Below, in pieces: positions 37,265-48,792 of a stretch of DNA of 64,000 nt. Source of the DNA: Paraphysomonas bandaiensis (taxonomy: Eukaryota > Protista > Chrysophyceae); assembly GCA_965644295.1 (NCBI GenBank), contig CBFFRP010000089.1, positions 1-64,000 of the forward strand, read 5' to 3'. The first letter of the stretch is position 1. Each line of letters begins with the position of its first letter. Below the pieces are notes generated by a model, which made no database searches, was not told the DNA's origin, and saw nothing but the letters and a program-made list of their open reading frames with translations. The translations under genes were made by a program, and so were the position numbers.

Positions 37265-38245
37265 ATGGAATGTCCTGTCCTTATTGAGGCTGATCACTCT
37301 TCTCTGTTTGTCGGATGGTCACGAGTTGATACAGCATTGCAGTATGAGTTAGAAATGAAAACAGGAGATGGTGAGTGGGTATCACTATCTTCTTCAATCA
37401 AATCAAATGCCATCAGAAAGAAGAATTTAACTTCTGAAGTATCGTATACGTTTCGCATTAGAGCCCAGTTTCCAAGTGGATGGGATGTATTTTCTGGCCC
37501 GTCAGAAGCTATGCATGTTTTAACCTCTGATGTATCTGCAATTGGGCCACCAACTTTAAAAACAAAGGATGCCTCGTCAGTAACTGTGGAATGGGAAGTG
37601 CCTGAGAAAAGTGTAGATGGTTACGCCTTGCGATATCGTGAGGAAAACAGTGTTACGTGGAACTACGTTGATGCTGTAATACATTCTAATATTGCTAGGA
37701 AGAAAGGGCTCCAACCACGAGTGGCATATTGCTTCTCTGTTAAACCTTTGGGTGATGGTTGGGCATACAGCAAATCCTCACAACCATTTTCTGTCTCGGA
37801 GATGTCCCAATTTATGAAGAATTTATTTCCGAGTACACTTCTCTCGAAGGGTAACGTCGCTGTGAACACTGCAGATGCCCTTGCTGGCAAGGTTGTTGGT
37901 GTGTACTTTTCAGCTCACTGGTGCGGACCTTGTCGCCAGTTTACTCCACAACTGGCGAATTTATATCAACAGATTAAAGCCACTGGTAAAAGTTTTGAGA
38001 TTGTGTTCTGTAGCGCTGATAACTCTGAAGAGGAATTTAATAGCTACTATTCATCTATGCCGTGGCTTGCTATAAATTATACTGACGACGAGAGAGAGCA
38101 ATTTATGGCAAAGTTCAAGGTGTCTGGTATACCGAAGCTATGTATACTGGCCCCTAGTGGTCAGTTTCTGGCGGAGAATGCTGTTACTATGAATTTATCC
38201 CCTGCTCAAGTGGATCTGTGGGTTAATCAATGCCAACAACTTTAA
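37265..38245 (+). CDS. FN3-FN3-nucleoredoxin/tryparedoxin-like thioredoxin, intronless
   Basis: Two FN3 repeats (SLFVGW..YELE..NL..YTFRIRA; SVTVEW..GYALRY..GLQP..YCFSVK), then VGVYFSAHWCGPCRQFTP..FEIVFCSAD..MPWLAI..VSGIP. Confidence 0.92.
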   Translation: MECPVLIEADHSSLFVGWSRVDTALQYELEMKTGDGEWVSLSSSIKSNAIRKKNLTSEVSYTFRIRAQFPSGWDVFSGPSEAMHVLTSDVSAIGPPTLKTKDASSVTVEWEVPEKSVDGYALRYREENSVTWNYVDAVIHSNIARKKGLQPRVAYCFSVKPLGDGWAYSKSSQPFSVSEMSQFMKNLFPSTLLSKGNVAVNTADALAGKVVGVYFSAHWCGPCRQFTPQLANLYQQIKATGKSFEIVFCSADNSEEEFNSYYSSMPWLAINYTDDEREQFMAKFKVSGIPKLCILAPSGQFLAENAVTMNLSPAQVDLWVNQCQQL

Positions 38246-38784
38246 TTAAGTGTTGTTGAATTTTAATTTTGAAAGAGTAAGTTTGTAAGTTTCATTGTAG
38301 GATACGAGTGACTGTATAGTCACAATCGTAAGATAAGGCTGATTAGTAAAACCGTCAATAGATATGCTTGCTTTAGATAAGTGTACCGTCGATGTCGAAA
38401 TCTGATATTATTTTAATTCCGACTAAGCTAAGGAAACTGTAGAGTTTAAACAAAAAATAAAAGGGTCGTTGGCATTTGACATCATACCATTCTTTCCTCC
38501 GTTAGATTAGGTACATATTACTGATTCAATTTTTTTCTCGGGAACAGCTACAAGTTACATCTGGTTGTATCATATACATCAATCTATCACACGACCATAT
38601 AAGCACGCTGACAGCGAATCTATTACGGAATCTACAAGTACTAACGTGCAACATACTAACTAGCGACAATAATGTTGGACGAATGAAATAAATTGCACGG
38701 AAAATTTTCTGCGACTCGATTTCTCAAAATATGTGAAGTACATCGGCGAATATAAAACAAATATCTATTACATAATGTATTACC

Positions 38785-39834
38785 CTACAATACATTAGGC
38801 TCCTCATTGAGCCTGCTATTCTTTGAACGAACATTAACCCATATATATAACAGAACTGTCTTCTGGAAAATCTTCTCCAATATTTCTACTGTTGATTGTC
38901 TAATCTTCACCAACGACCGGCCCTTGTCACCTACGACCATCCTTTGCTGCCGATTGTTGTCCACCAAAATTTGTGCATCGATTCGTATCGCCTTTTTATT
39001 CAACTCCGATATCGACTGACATTCTATACCAGCTATGTACGGAATCTCTTCGTGCATATGGTCTAATAGCGCTTCTCTTAGCATTTCTTCAACCATATCT
39101 GAATCTGACAAATCACTTATCCCTTCACCTTTGGGAATAACCCAATGCTTTGGCTTCGCACAGGCGAGCAAATAATTTTTCATGTCTATTATCCCATCAT
39201 TTTCTATTGCTGATACCATGAATGTGGTAGTATCAAGCGCAGCATCGTCTTTATTTGCTTCCCCTAGCTTAATGCCATTAATCATACTGACGAGATCCCA
39301 AGTCAAGTCTAGCAATTCTGTCTTAGGATTAACCAAGTCAACCTTGTTGAGAACAAGAACAACCTCTTGCCTGGCACCTTCAAACGCTAATGTTGTCATC
39401 TCTGCAAATCCTCTTAAATCTTGTTGGCTCATCTTTTTCGATGCATCAACTACTAACAGAACGACATCTGAATTCGACACTGCTGAAAGAGTGATATCGC
39501 GAATTCGTTTCGTTTCTTCCTTGCCCGCATCAAAAGATGGAACAAACCCTGGAGTATCGTAAAATGCTAACTGTGTTTTCCGATAATTGAAAACCCCCAG
39601 TATCTGAGACTTTGTGGTTTGTCGCTTTCGACTGGTGGCGGCAATTTTTTTTTGCAGCATTGAATTTAAGAGTGTAGATTTTCCACAATTTGGCTTTCCA
39701 AGCATGACTATATCCAATCGTTTGGACTTTCTATCATGAGGACCCGGATATTTCCTCGTTGCTCGAACTGTGCGGATCTGCGAACGAAATACTCCGCTTG
39801 CCAGCCCCAAAGACGCAACTCTAAACTTCAGCAT
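38785..39834 (-). CDS. era: Era-like GTPase (organellar, probably mitochondrial ERAL1 type)
   Basis: G1 GKPNCGKS, G2 QTT, G3 DTPG, G4 NKVD, G5 VSA; KH-region EEIPY and VVGDKG; basic/Ser N-terminal presequence. Confidence 0.95.
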   Translation of the reverse strand: MLKFRVASLGLASGVFRSQIRTVRATRKYPGPHDRKSKRLDIVMLGKPNCGKSTLLNSMLQKKIAATSRKRQTTKSQILGVFNYRKTQLAFYDTPGFVPSFDAGKEETKRIRDITLSAVSNSDVVLLVVDASKKMSQQDLRGFAEMTTLAFEGARQEVVLVLNKVDLVNPKTELLDLTWDLVSMINGIKLGEANKDDAALDTTTFMVSAIENDGIIDMKNYLLACAKPKHWVIPKGEGISDLSDSDMVEEMLREALLDHMHEEIPYIAGIECQSISELNKKAIRIDAQILVDNNRQQRMVVGDKGRSLVKIRQSTVEILEKIFQKTVLLYIWVNVRSKNSRLNEEPNVL

Positions 39835-40370
39835 TACAGGTAACGAATCGTTGCCTTATGGTTCAAAGTACCTATAATTAAAGTGTATGATAAAGGAAAT
39901 CTGTACAAGTACAACACTGACAGCAAGAGTTTAAAACAACTTGCCCGTGGAATATTGCCCAGCCCTATCTGTTCATCGCAGTCCATGCGAGCAGATACAC
40001 TGTTGCAACACCAGCCGCAAACAGCCCAGGAATACGGTTAGTAGTACTTGCGAATACGGCTAGATTATCTTATCTGGTGTTTTTTGTTCTTGTTCTGTTT
40101 CCGTCCAGCAGTACGTATGCAGTACAGCAGTACAGTACAGTACAGTACCAGTAAAAAAAAAAGATGTCTAGAATAATATGCAGCACTGACATATAGTGGT
40201 ATGTGGTACTTACCTTGACGTCAAAGATTACTTATGTTTGTTGTGCCTTGCCTGTCAAGCCACCGACTGACCTGAATCAATTTTCACATTGACTTTTCGT
40301 GCTTATACACGTCGAATATCGTTAAAAATATATAGTAAATATCATTTTGTTTTTGTGTGACGTCTTATAA

Positions 40371-42234
40371 ATGGGTTCGTGTTGCTCCAATTGTTTGAAA
40401 GCATTGTCTGGTTCCCCCGAATATCAAACTATTCGTAATGAAGATTCTTTTGATGTACAGTCTACTGATGTGAGCGCTAATACTGATGTTGTAGCGAAGG
40501 ATGGGAGGCAAGATAAGGTAGTGTGTGTTAGTATTCTCGTGTGATGTGATAATGAAAAGCGCAGAGTGCTACTCAATCTTCGGTGGGTGGGAATCTTGTT
40601 ATTCCATCTGCTGGCTTCTTTCTCAAGTACGAACTCAAAGATGTTCTTGGTAACAAACATAAACTGCTATTATAATAAACTTATTTTGCTTTAGGGGTCG
40701 GCAGCACTGCGAATTGTCATCGGTGTTGCCGAAAGAGTGATGGTAAACAGTATGCATGCAAAGTTATTGACAAAAGGCAAATTGAAGCAAAATTCACTGG
40801 ACTTTTGGAGCAATTTTACGTTGAAATTAAGGTACGCGTGTTTGCAGATGCATGTATTTCATTAACACTCCACGTGAGCACATGCATTGACTGCATTATT
40901 TAGTTTGTGAAGTGGTTTAGAATCGATTCTAATTAAAGTTATACGACAGGTGCTGTCGGAATTAAATCACCCTAATATCATTAAATTAGAAGATGTTTTC
41001 GAAACTGCGGATAGAATATTCATAGTGATGGAAATAATGAATGGTGGCGAGCTTTTTGATTACGTGGTTGAGAAGGTTTGGCGATGACTTTGCGCATATT
41101 TGAACTCATTATACTACTGATATAGGGTACTTTGAGTGAACAGGAGGCTGCATCGATTGTTCGTAGGATAACCTCAGCTATTGCACATATGCATGCGCAT
41201 GGAGTGATACACAGGTGGGTTAGATATTAAATTGTGGTTTTTGGTGTACAGTTCATGATCCATATTAATTAGTGTATCACATCAGTTTTCCCCTTAAGCT
41301 AGCACGTAACATTTACCATGATTTCTTATATTTAATAGGGACCTCAAGCCGGAGAACCTATTACTAACGAATAAGGGTCCTAATGCTGAGGTTAAACTTA
41401 TTGACTTCGGATTAGCCAAGGTAGCGTACGAATTTTGGAGTGTGCAGTCGTACTAATATACGTGCATCTGTAGAAAATATCGAGTGATGCGGTAGCCCAT
41501 TCGTTCCTTGGGACAAGAGGATACTTGGCGCCAGAGATGCTACAGAGGCATACGTACGACAAGGCGATTGATATATGGGTGCGTTATCTAATGTACCCTA
41601 CTCGTTTTTCACATGTGACACTAGGCATTGGGAATTATTGTATTTGTGCTACTGTGTGGCTGCTTACCTTTCGATGACGACAGCAGTCGTATCACATCTG
41701 AGGTAGTAGCACGAAAAAAGTTTGCCCTGCGGTTTCCTCGTTGGGCAAGTAATCTCTCATCTCCCGCAAAAGATTTATTACAGAAGCTTCTGGACGTGAA
41801 TCCTAAAACTCGTATAACAGCCGAGGAAGCTCTCCGCCACCCGTGGGTTACTGGAAAGTCCGCCACTCCAAATAATTACCTACAATCTCCCAGTGTGTTA
41901 GGTAAGATTATTAGAAGTGCGCGACGCATAGTATACTCAACGTTGTTTTCAGGAGAGAGACGGAAGGATTTGAAGTCACCGATGACACCCCATATGCAAG
42001 CCATGCACAACAAATTGGTCGAAGCCAACAATGCATCCGCCGCTGCCAATTCATTGGGCGTAATAAAAGAGGAGGCCAACTCGAAAAAGAAAACTGCAAA
42101 CGGTACGAGCTACAGTCTGATATTATTGCTGTCTAAATATTTACGGTATAGCAGGTGGTCAGAAAGATTTTGGTCAAGCTAACTATGGTGCAACCGATAA
42201 TTCTGTAAGAATGCAACGGAAGAACAGCATATAG
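40371..42234 (+). CDS. CAMK-group Ser/Thr kinase with N-terminal myristoyl/palmitoyl motif, multi-exon
   Basis: MGSCCSNC; YACKVIDK, HPNIIKL, GGELFDY, H-R-DLKPEN, IDFGLAK, GTRGYLAPE, LLCGCLPF, ALRHPW. Confidence 0.93.
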
Positions 42235-42876
42235 TAGGGATTAAAAGTATAATAGTGTGCTGTTTTGGCGGCCGTACTTTGGCTGTAAGTTTTAATTTCT
42301 CTGTTCAGAACTCAGTTTCCTTACGTTGTTCACAATTCACAGTAGTTGTCACTCGCACATTATCAATCGTAGCAACGTAGAACTAAAATATTATTTCTCT
42401 GTTACTTAAGTAAAGCACTGAAGGAAATGAACCCTTTGATGTTATTAGTCCATATATATTTCGAATCATTTGTTGTAGAAGGTAGTATTATTCAAGTCCA
42501 CTTAGTAGCAAATTCTGCAGAAAATGCAATGATTTAATTTTTAATTCCTTTGCTACGACTATACTTGTCATACTATTTAAAATTTTAAATAAGCACTGTT
42601 AATATGCATTTTTATTTGATTGTGCTGTTCTGATAATACACACGATATAGGATAAAGTATGATACGAAGATTAGTTTCCAGCTTACGTAATTAAAGATCT
42701 GTGGACAGCAGGTATTGTAATGACGAAATGACATTACGGGCAATGTAATTAAGTTTTCTGGGAAACGATAAGAAAAGATAACCGTCAGATGTAAATGCTA
42801 GTATTACTTACACATTATTATGGAAAACAAAGTTGGGTTAGTACGCTATGACAAGGTATATATAACTAACTATATA

Positions 42877-44191
42877 TTACCACACCCATATCCCTACCAA
42901 CCCACCAACAGCACCAACAATTTGAATGACAACTTCGAGTACGATTAGCCATATAATTATCCATTCAAGCTTCGTTGAATGAGCATTTTCCATTTGTTGA
43001 TGTAAAACATCTAGCAGCTCTTTCAACATGTCTAACCGTTTGTTAATAACTTCAACTCGACTGTCCATTTCCAAATATTTCATAACCTTCTCATAATCCT
43101 GCTCGTACCGATCTTCTTCCCAGAAATAATCCGGAGTGTCTAGAATATCCGTATGTAAATTTAAATCATGTCTAATAACAAATATATCTCCGATCATCAT
43201 GCCTATTCTTCTTGTCGACATATCAATCTTTCCAACATTAGCCAGTGTTTCCGGAATAAATTTGTACTCTGCAACTTTACGTTCGATTCTGAACTCGAAT
43301 ATAGATACTACAGAAGATTGGGCAATAGCATAACTGACAGAGAGTCGTTGTTTCGAGGATGATTCGCCCGGAAAAGTGATGACATCATTTGCAATTTTTA
43401 ATCTACTGCTATCTGTGTCAGTGACATAAGCCATGTCATCTTCTCCACTTTCAAACTCTTTCCCTGTTATTACGCCCCTCTTGGAAAAATCCTTCGCAAG
43501 ATCAAGTAAGTACTTTTCTTCACCGACAGAAAAACCCCAAAACACCAGCACCCCAAACTCGAATATATATACTTCTTGCATGTTCAAATCGTGTGGTACC
43601 ATGCGCACGCTGCTGTCATATGATTGTTCTTCTGCTTGAATGATGGTGGGTTCACTGGTAGAGAGAAAAGGCTTTGCTTGGCTAACATCCGCGGGTGACA
43701 TATTGTGTCGCCTAGGAATGTCACTGGCTGTGAGCGCTGTACTGCTTCCAACACGCGGCTTTGATAGACAAAGCGCATCTCCGTATAATCGTGTTTTCCA
43801 TTTGGATTGGGACTCATATATTTTACGGGAACAATGATCATGCAGCTCCTGAATATCTATCTCAGAGCTGACACAACAGAAATATATCCTACGCTTCTGT
43901 CGTTTTGCTTGAAACTCACCACCTGTTATGTGGTTATAGCCGTATATATACAAACATTGTATCAAAAATACCTTTTAAGCGGGCAGCTTGCTTCTTTCTC
44001 ATTCGTCCAGTCAAAATAACCTTATCATCATAGCGCGGATGATTTCCAAATTCATCTGCAGAATAATACGCGTCTGATTCGTAGTTATCAAAGTTCAAGC
44101 TGTGAGACTGATCTCCACGACCCTGTCTGTGAGCTCCCCCTGTATCAGTGTCATCCCCTGAATCTGCAGACAAAAGATGTTTGGAAGACAT
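42877..44191 (-). CDS. RMD1: RMD1/Sif2 (DUF155) family protein
   Basis: VYIFEFGVLVFWG, SYAIAQS, NLHTDILDTPDYFWE, YLEMDSRVEVINKRL, LEWIIIWLIVLEV. Confidence 0.9.
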
Positions 44192-44849
44192 GAGTGCTTT
44201 ATAACGAGGAGGGCTTCTGATTTCTAGTGAACAGCAATCTCGTCCTGCACTCGAATTAAAAGAATTTAATTATAATTGTGGCAGGGCTGGTTACGTCGCA
44301 GTGGCAACGAATGCCAAATTTTGTTACTTCGACTGTGGTGCTAATAAGCTATTCGGAGTGATATGATTTATACTGTACATTATACCTCTTTTTACAGCAC
44401 AGTGCATCCATGCCCACAGAAAAATGCAGTATAGCAGTGGAAAAGTGGGTATTATTTCCTGTGATATAAGGGGGTTTCCATGAGGGAGTGAAGGCATATG
44501 TTTTTGAAAAACCCAACTTTGGAATATGTAAATATGGCATTATTTGGAAAAATAAGATATCGTACTTTGTTGTAGAATATACAGCAGTATATACCACCAA
44601 CGTCAGTGAAAGAATTCCAGTGGTCATGCCAGTGTATTTTTTGCCGAGATTTTTTGAGTGTGTGGCTGTGAAAGATACAGGGGAACGAAAACCAACCCTT
44701 TTCGCAATTCTTTTGAGTAAAATTAACTGGACTTCGGATGATGGTGCTCTCTTTGAAAGTGTGAACGCTACGTTCTTATAACTATATACACTTATCATAT
44801 TGACGATATTTAAACAAATTAACAGAACAGTTATAGACAATATTCATAA

Positions 44850-46803
44850 ATGCAGAATGGTAAGAATGATTGTTGTTAATATCGTTTATTTTATAATCTT
44901 ATTGACGATTCAGATCCACCAATTTATGTGCCGCCTCACTTGAGAGAGAGAGGAGGTCCCCCGGCCCAGACCTATCGCAACGATGGTCCAGACCAGCGTT
45001 ATAATCGTGGAGGAAACCAGGGAGGATGGGGTAAAGGCCCACGCGAGGCCTGGGGTGGCGGAGAGCCCAGTCGTGGTAACCATGGCCGTGGCTACGAAAC
45101 CAATTCGAGATGGAAAACAGGAAATGACGGTGGCTATGCCCCCCATGGTGGTGGAGGATATGGCCGGTCAGGGTATGGAGGAGGCGGAGGAGGATATCAT
45201 GGAGGAGGCGGTGGATATGGCCCAAGAACGAATTCTTTGGGATTTCACGGAGATGAGCGCCCGAATAGACGACTGGAGCAAGAGTTGTTTGATTCCTCAG
45301 AATCCCAGAGTATTGGTATAAATTTTGACAAGGTACTGTTGCGTTGGTTGTTCGATTTTGTTGGTATAACTTGTTATGCAGTACGATGATATTCCTGTGG
45401 AAGTCAGCGAGGGCTGTCCAGAGCCTATCAGCGAATTCTCAGTGGAATCAATTGGTGAGGGATTGTACAAAAACGTCACTTTATCGAAGTACTTGAAGCC
45501 CACACCTGTTCAAAAGTATTCGATTCCTATCGGACTTGCTGGGGCTGATATGATGGCATGCGCACAGACTGGTTCGGGAAAGACAGCAGGCTTTCTGTTT
45601 CCGGCGATATCATCAATGTTATTGCAAGGTCCGCTGCCGGTTCCAGGAGGAGCCAGTAGCCGCAGCATCTACCCTACTGCCCTAATTTTGGCACCAACTC
45701 GTGAGTTGGCCAGTCAGATTTACGATGAAGCTTTAAAGTTTTGTTATTGCACTGGAATTCGTCCTGTTGTGGTATATGGTGGTGCTAACATTCACAACCA
45801 AATGCGTGAACTGGAGCGTGGTGCAGATATGCTCGTGGCTACCCCTGGAAGATTAGTCGACCTCATCGAGCGGGGCAGAATCAAGTTAGACGTTATTCGC
45901 TTCCTTATTCTGGATGAGGCAGACAGAATGTTGGACATGGGGTTTGAACCACAGATCCGACGAATTGTTGAACAAGAAGGGATGCCGACTGAAAGACAGA
46001 CATTTATGTTCTCGGCTACATTTCCAACCGAAATTCAAAGGCTTGCTGCGGATTTCATGAAAGATTATATTTTTCTTGCAGTTGGCAGAGTTGGAGCAGC
46101 ATCAAAGGATGTAACTCAGAGTATTGAATGGGTGGAGGAAGACGAGAAAGTAGCGTTTACTATCGACTTTCTGAAGAGAGCTCCGGAGGGATTGGTTCTG
46201 ATATTTGTGGAGACAAAACGCGGTGCGGATTACTTGGAGGAGTGTTTGTGTAGAAATAGCTTCCCTGCATCCTCCATTCATGGCGACAAGTCTCAGCGCG
46301 AAAGAGAGGAAGCCCTGCGTCTGTTCAAGACAGGACGAACTCCTATTCTCGTTGCGACAGATGTAGCTTCCAGAGGTCTGGATATTCCGAATGTTACACA
46401 GGTTATCAACTTTGATCTCCCATCTAACATCGATGACTACGTCCATCGCATTGGACGAACTGGTCGTGTGGGTAATGTCGGAAGTGCACTGTCCATAATG
46501 AATGATCGCAATCGTAACATATCAAAAGATTTAGCTGAGCTATTCATCGAAAATCAGCAGTTGTGTCCGCAATGGCTGGAGCGCATGTCTGTGCCTCACG
46601 GATATGGCGGTAGGGGCGGAAGAGGTCGCGGTAGGGGGGGTAACAAATTTGGCGCAAGAGATATGCGTAAAGATCGTGGAGGGGGAGGAGGAAGAGGCGG
46701 AGGAGGAAGTTGGGGCGGTGGTCCCCAGCATCATTCCTACAGCAACACCGGCCCGCGCTACCCCGATGCCAGACATGGGTTTTCTGATAACAGTGCGTGG
46801 TAG
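44850..46803 (+). CDS. DDX3: DEAD-box RNA helicase DDX3/Ded1
   Basis: YVPPHLR eIF4E-binding-like motif, RGG tails, [42 protein letters not shown]. Confidence 0.97.
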
Positions 46804-48112
46804 TTCTATTCTTGCCCAAATTTTTGAAAATAGAGCTTTTACTGCTGTTAGATATGATTTAAACTTTAGTAGTGGTATTAGCTGGATTCTCCTTCTATTT
46901 GTATTCATCTAAGTTTCGAATTTGCTGAACAGAGTAAAAATTCTATTAATGCACTGTGTTGCACGTATGATGTGTTACTCATTTATATTTCTTCTAACTT
47001 GGTTATTTGCTGTTCGATATGATAGCGCAGCAACATTTTGAGGGTGTTATTCATACGGTAGTAAGCAGGTTGTAAGCTATGTGAGTTTTGCTGAAATGCT
47101 ATTGTTAAATATTTTGCGGCTTATAATTAGACTTGCAAAACAGTTATCTAGTTTTATATATAGCGCAGAATTGTTATAGTTGGATACCTCACAAGCCTGT
47201 TTACAATCATTAGTAAGGGACACAATACTGCATTACGTGGGTCTAATGATTCGAATTATATTGTAAAATACTTAAGATTTAAGATTAACTGAAGCGTGGT
47301 GGCAGTTTAATATTTTAAGATTCTTGATTGTGTATCAATATTTATAACAATTATTATATGTAAATGGCCGAGTTAGTTACCCAACTTCAAAAGTTACAAA
47401 GTAAATTTAGTTTTTATAGTTTAATAGTATAAATAAAGCATAATTTCTACAAACGACCATTTTTAACTTCTAACTTCTCTACATTGATGGATTGGCTGGT
47501 ATGTAGCAAAAGGTATTTCATGGAGTAACCATCTAGCTCTGGTAGAGTGTACTCACATTGTCATTATTACTTTTTGAAAAATCATATATAGAATATAGTA
47601 CAATCGCCCAAGCTGTATCTTACATAGAAGAGAATTGTTAAGAACAATATTTCCTACGTGGTAGATCAATATCTTCTGTGCTGTGTCCGCATTCTTAACT
47701 ATCACAGATTATCTTGCCTTAGGGACTCAAGTGTTAGGATTATTACACCAGTCCACTTGTTTAATATAGTATAATGTATAATGCTACATAATGTTCTTCT
47801 CGTGCTGTGTTACGTAGTTACATAGTGTAAAGGTATAGGTCACTTTGTTGAGGCACTACTACTCTGACACAGAGATTTCGACCAGTTATTGCAGTCTTGT
47901 GTTTCTTCCTTTCACAGTAAAAATATTTTCACAGATATGTACTAAAGTATTCGAAGCTGCTGCCTACAAAATGAAGCGAAGTGATACAAAACTAAGTTAA
48001 TTCGTGCGTGAAAGTTGTAAACCATTCTACAGAGACCAATGTGAAGATGAAGACAACAGATTATTAATTAACAAAGTGGAGTATCCATCCAACATATCTG
48101 TTCATAGCCAAT

Positions 48113-48411
48113 TTAGTGGATAAGATGAGCCTCGCGAAGTGCCTGATTTGCAACATTGCGTTTTCTGTTGATCTGGTACTCTGTACAAATATATGAGAAC
48201 GCAACAAGAGTAAGCATGTTAAGCCCTTACGTTGCCAAGAGAAATATTGGAGAAAGTAGTATGCAAATTGCGCGCCGAACATTACTTTGAAAATCAACCT
48301 CTGCAAACCGCGAGGGTGGTTCCTGTAATCATTCTGCTGCCTCTGAAATGCCTCAGCTGCGTACTGGCGCAACTTAGCAGGTCTGAGAGCTCTAAAAATA
48401 GGATGACTCAT
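48113..48411 (-). CDS. Small (~83 aa) single-TM protein, candidate divergent mitochondrial ATP synthase subunit f
   Basis: Two exons: MSHPIFRALRPAKLRQYAAEAFQRQQNDYRNHPRGLQRLIFKVMFGAQFAYYFLQYFSWQ|QYQINRKRNVANQALREAHLIH*. Confidence 0.5.
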
Positions 48412-48792
48412 TTCGCTTCTAATAACAATGAAGACTGGAATGAAATGTTAGTGCAGTGCTGTGAGGCGCATAACATAACTGCACACGAACTTACCTCATC
48501 CCTTTGTGTGTTGATTTTTTACTTTCTACTCCAAACTTCGCAAAAACTATTTGCTTGGTGGGTATCTTGAACCGTCATGGATAGCTTCAGTTGTATATTT
48601 AGCTATATACGGTCGTGTATACGGTCCGTACTCTGTATACCTCAAATGATAAGTCTCGACATAACACACTTAAGAAGCCTGGAGTCTGGTTCTGTTCATA
48701 TCGCGGCACACTGTACACTGTGATTGTAAGGTTCTGATACACAGAACTAGAATATCAAACAAGACCCCTGTATTTTTTTAGGCTTCTGTGTG

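Noticed and set aside
44349-44840. 163-aa minus-strand ORF between RMD1 and DDX3
   Set aside because: Non-ATG start, no motifs, and it lies in the divergent promoter/5' UTR region.
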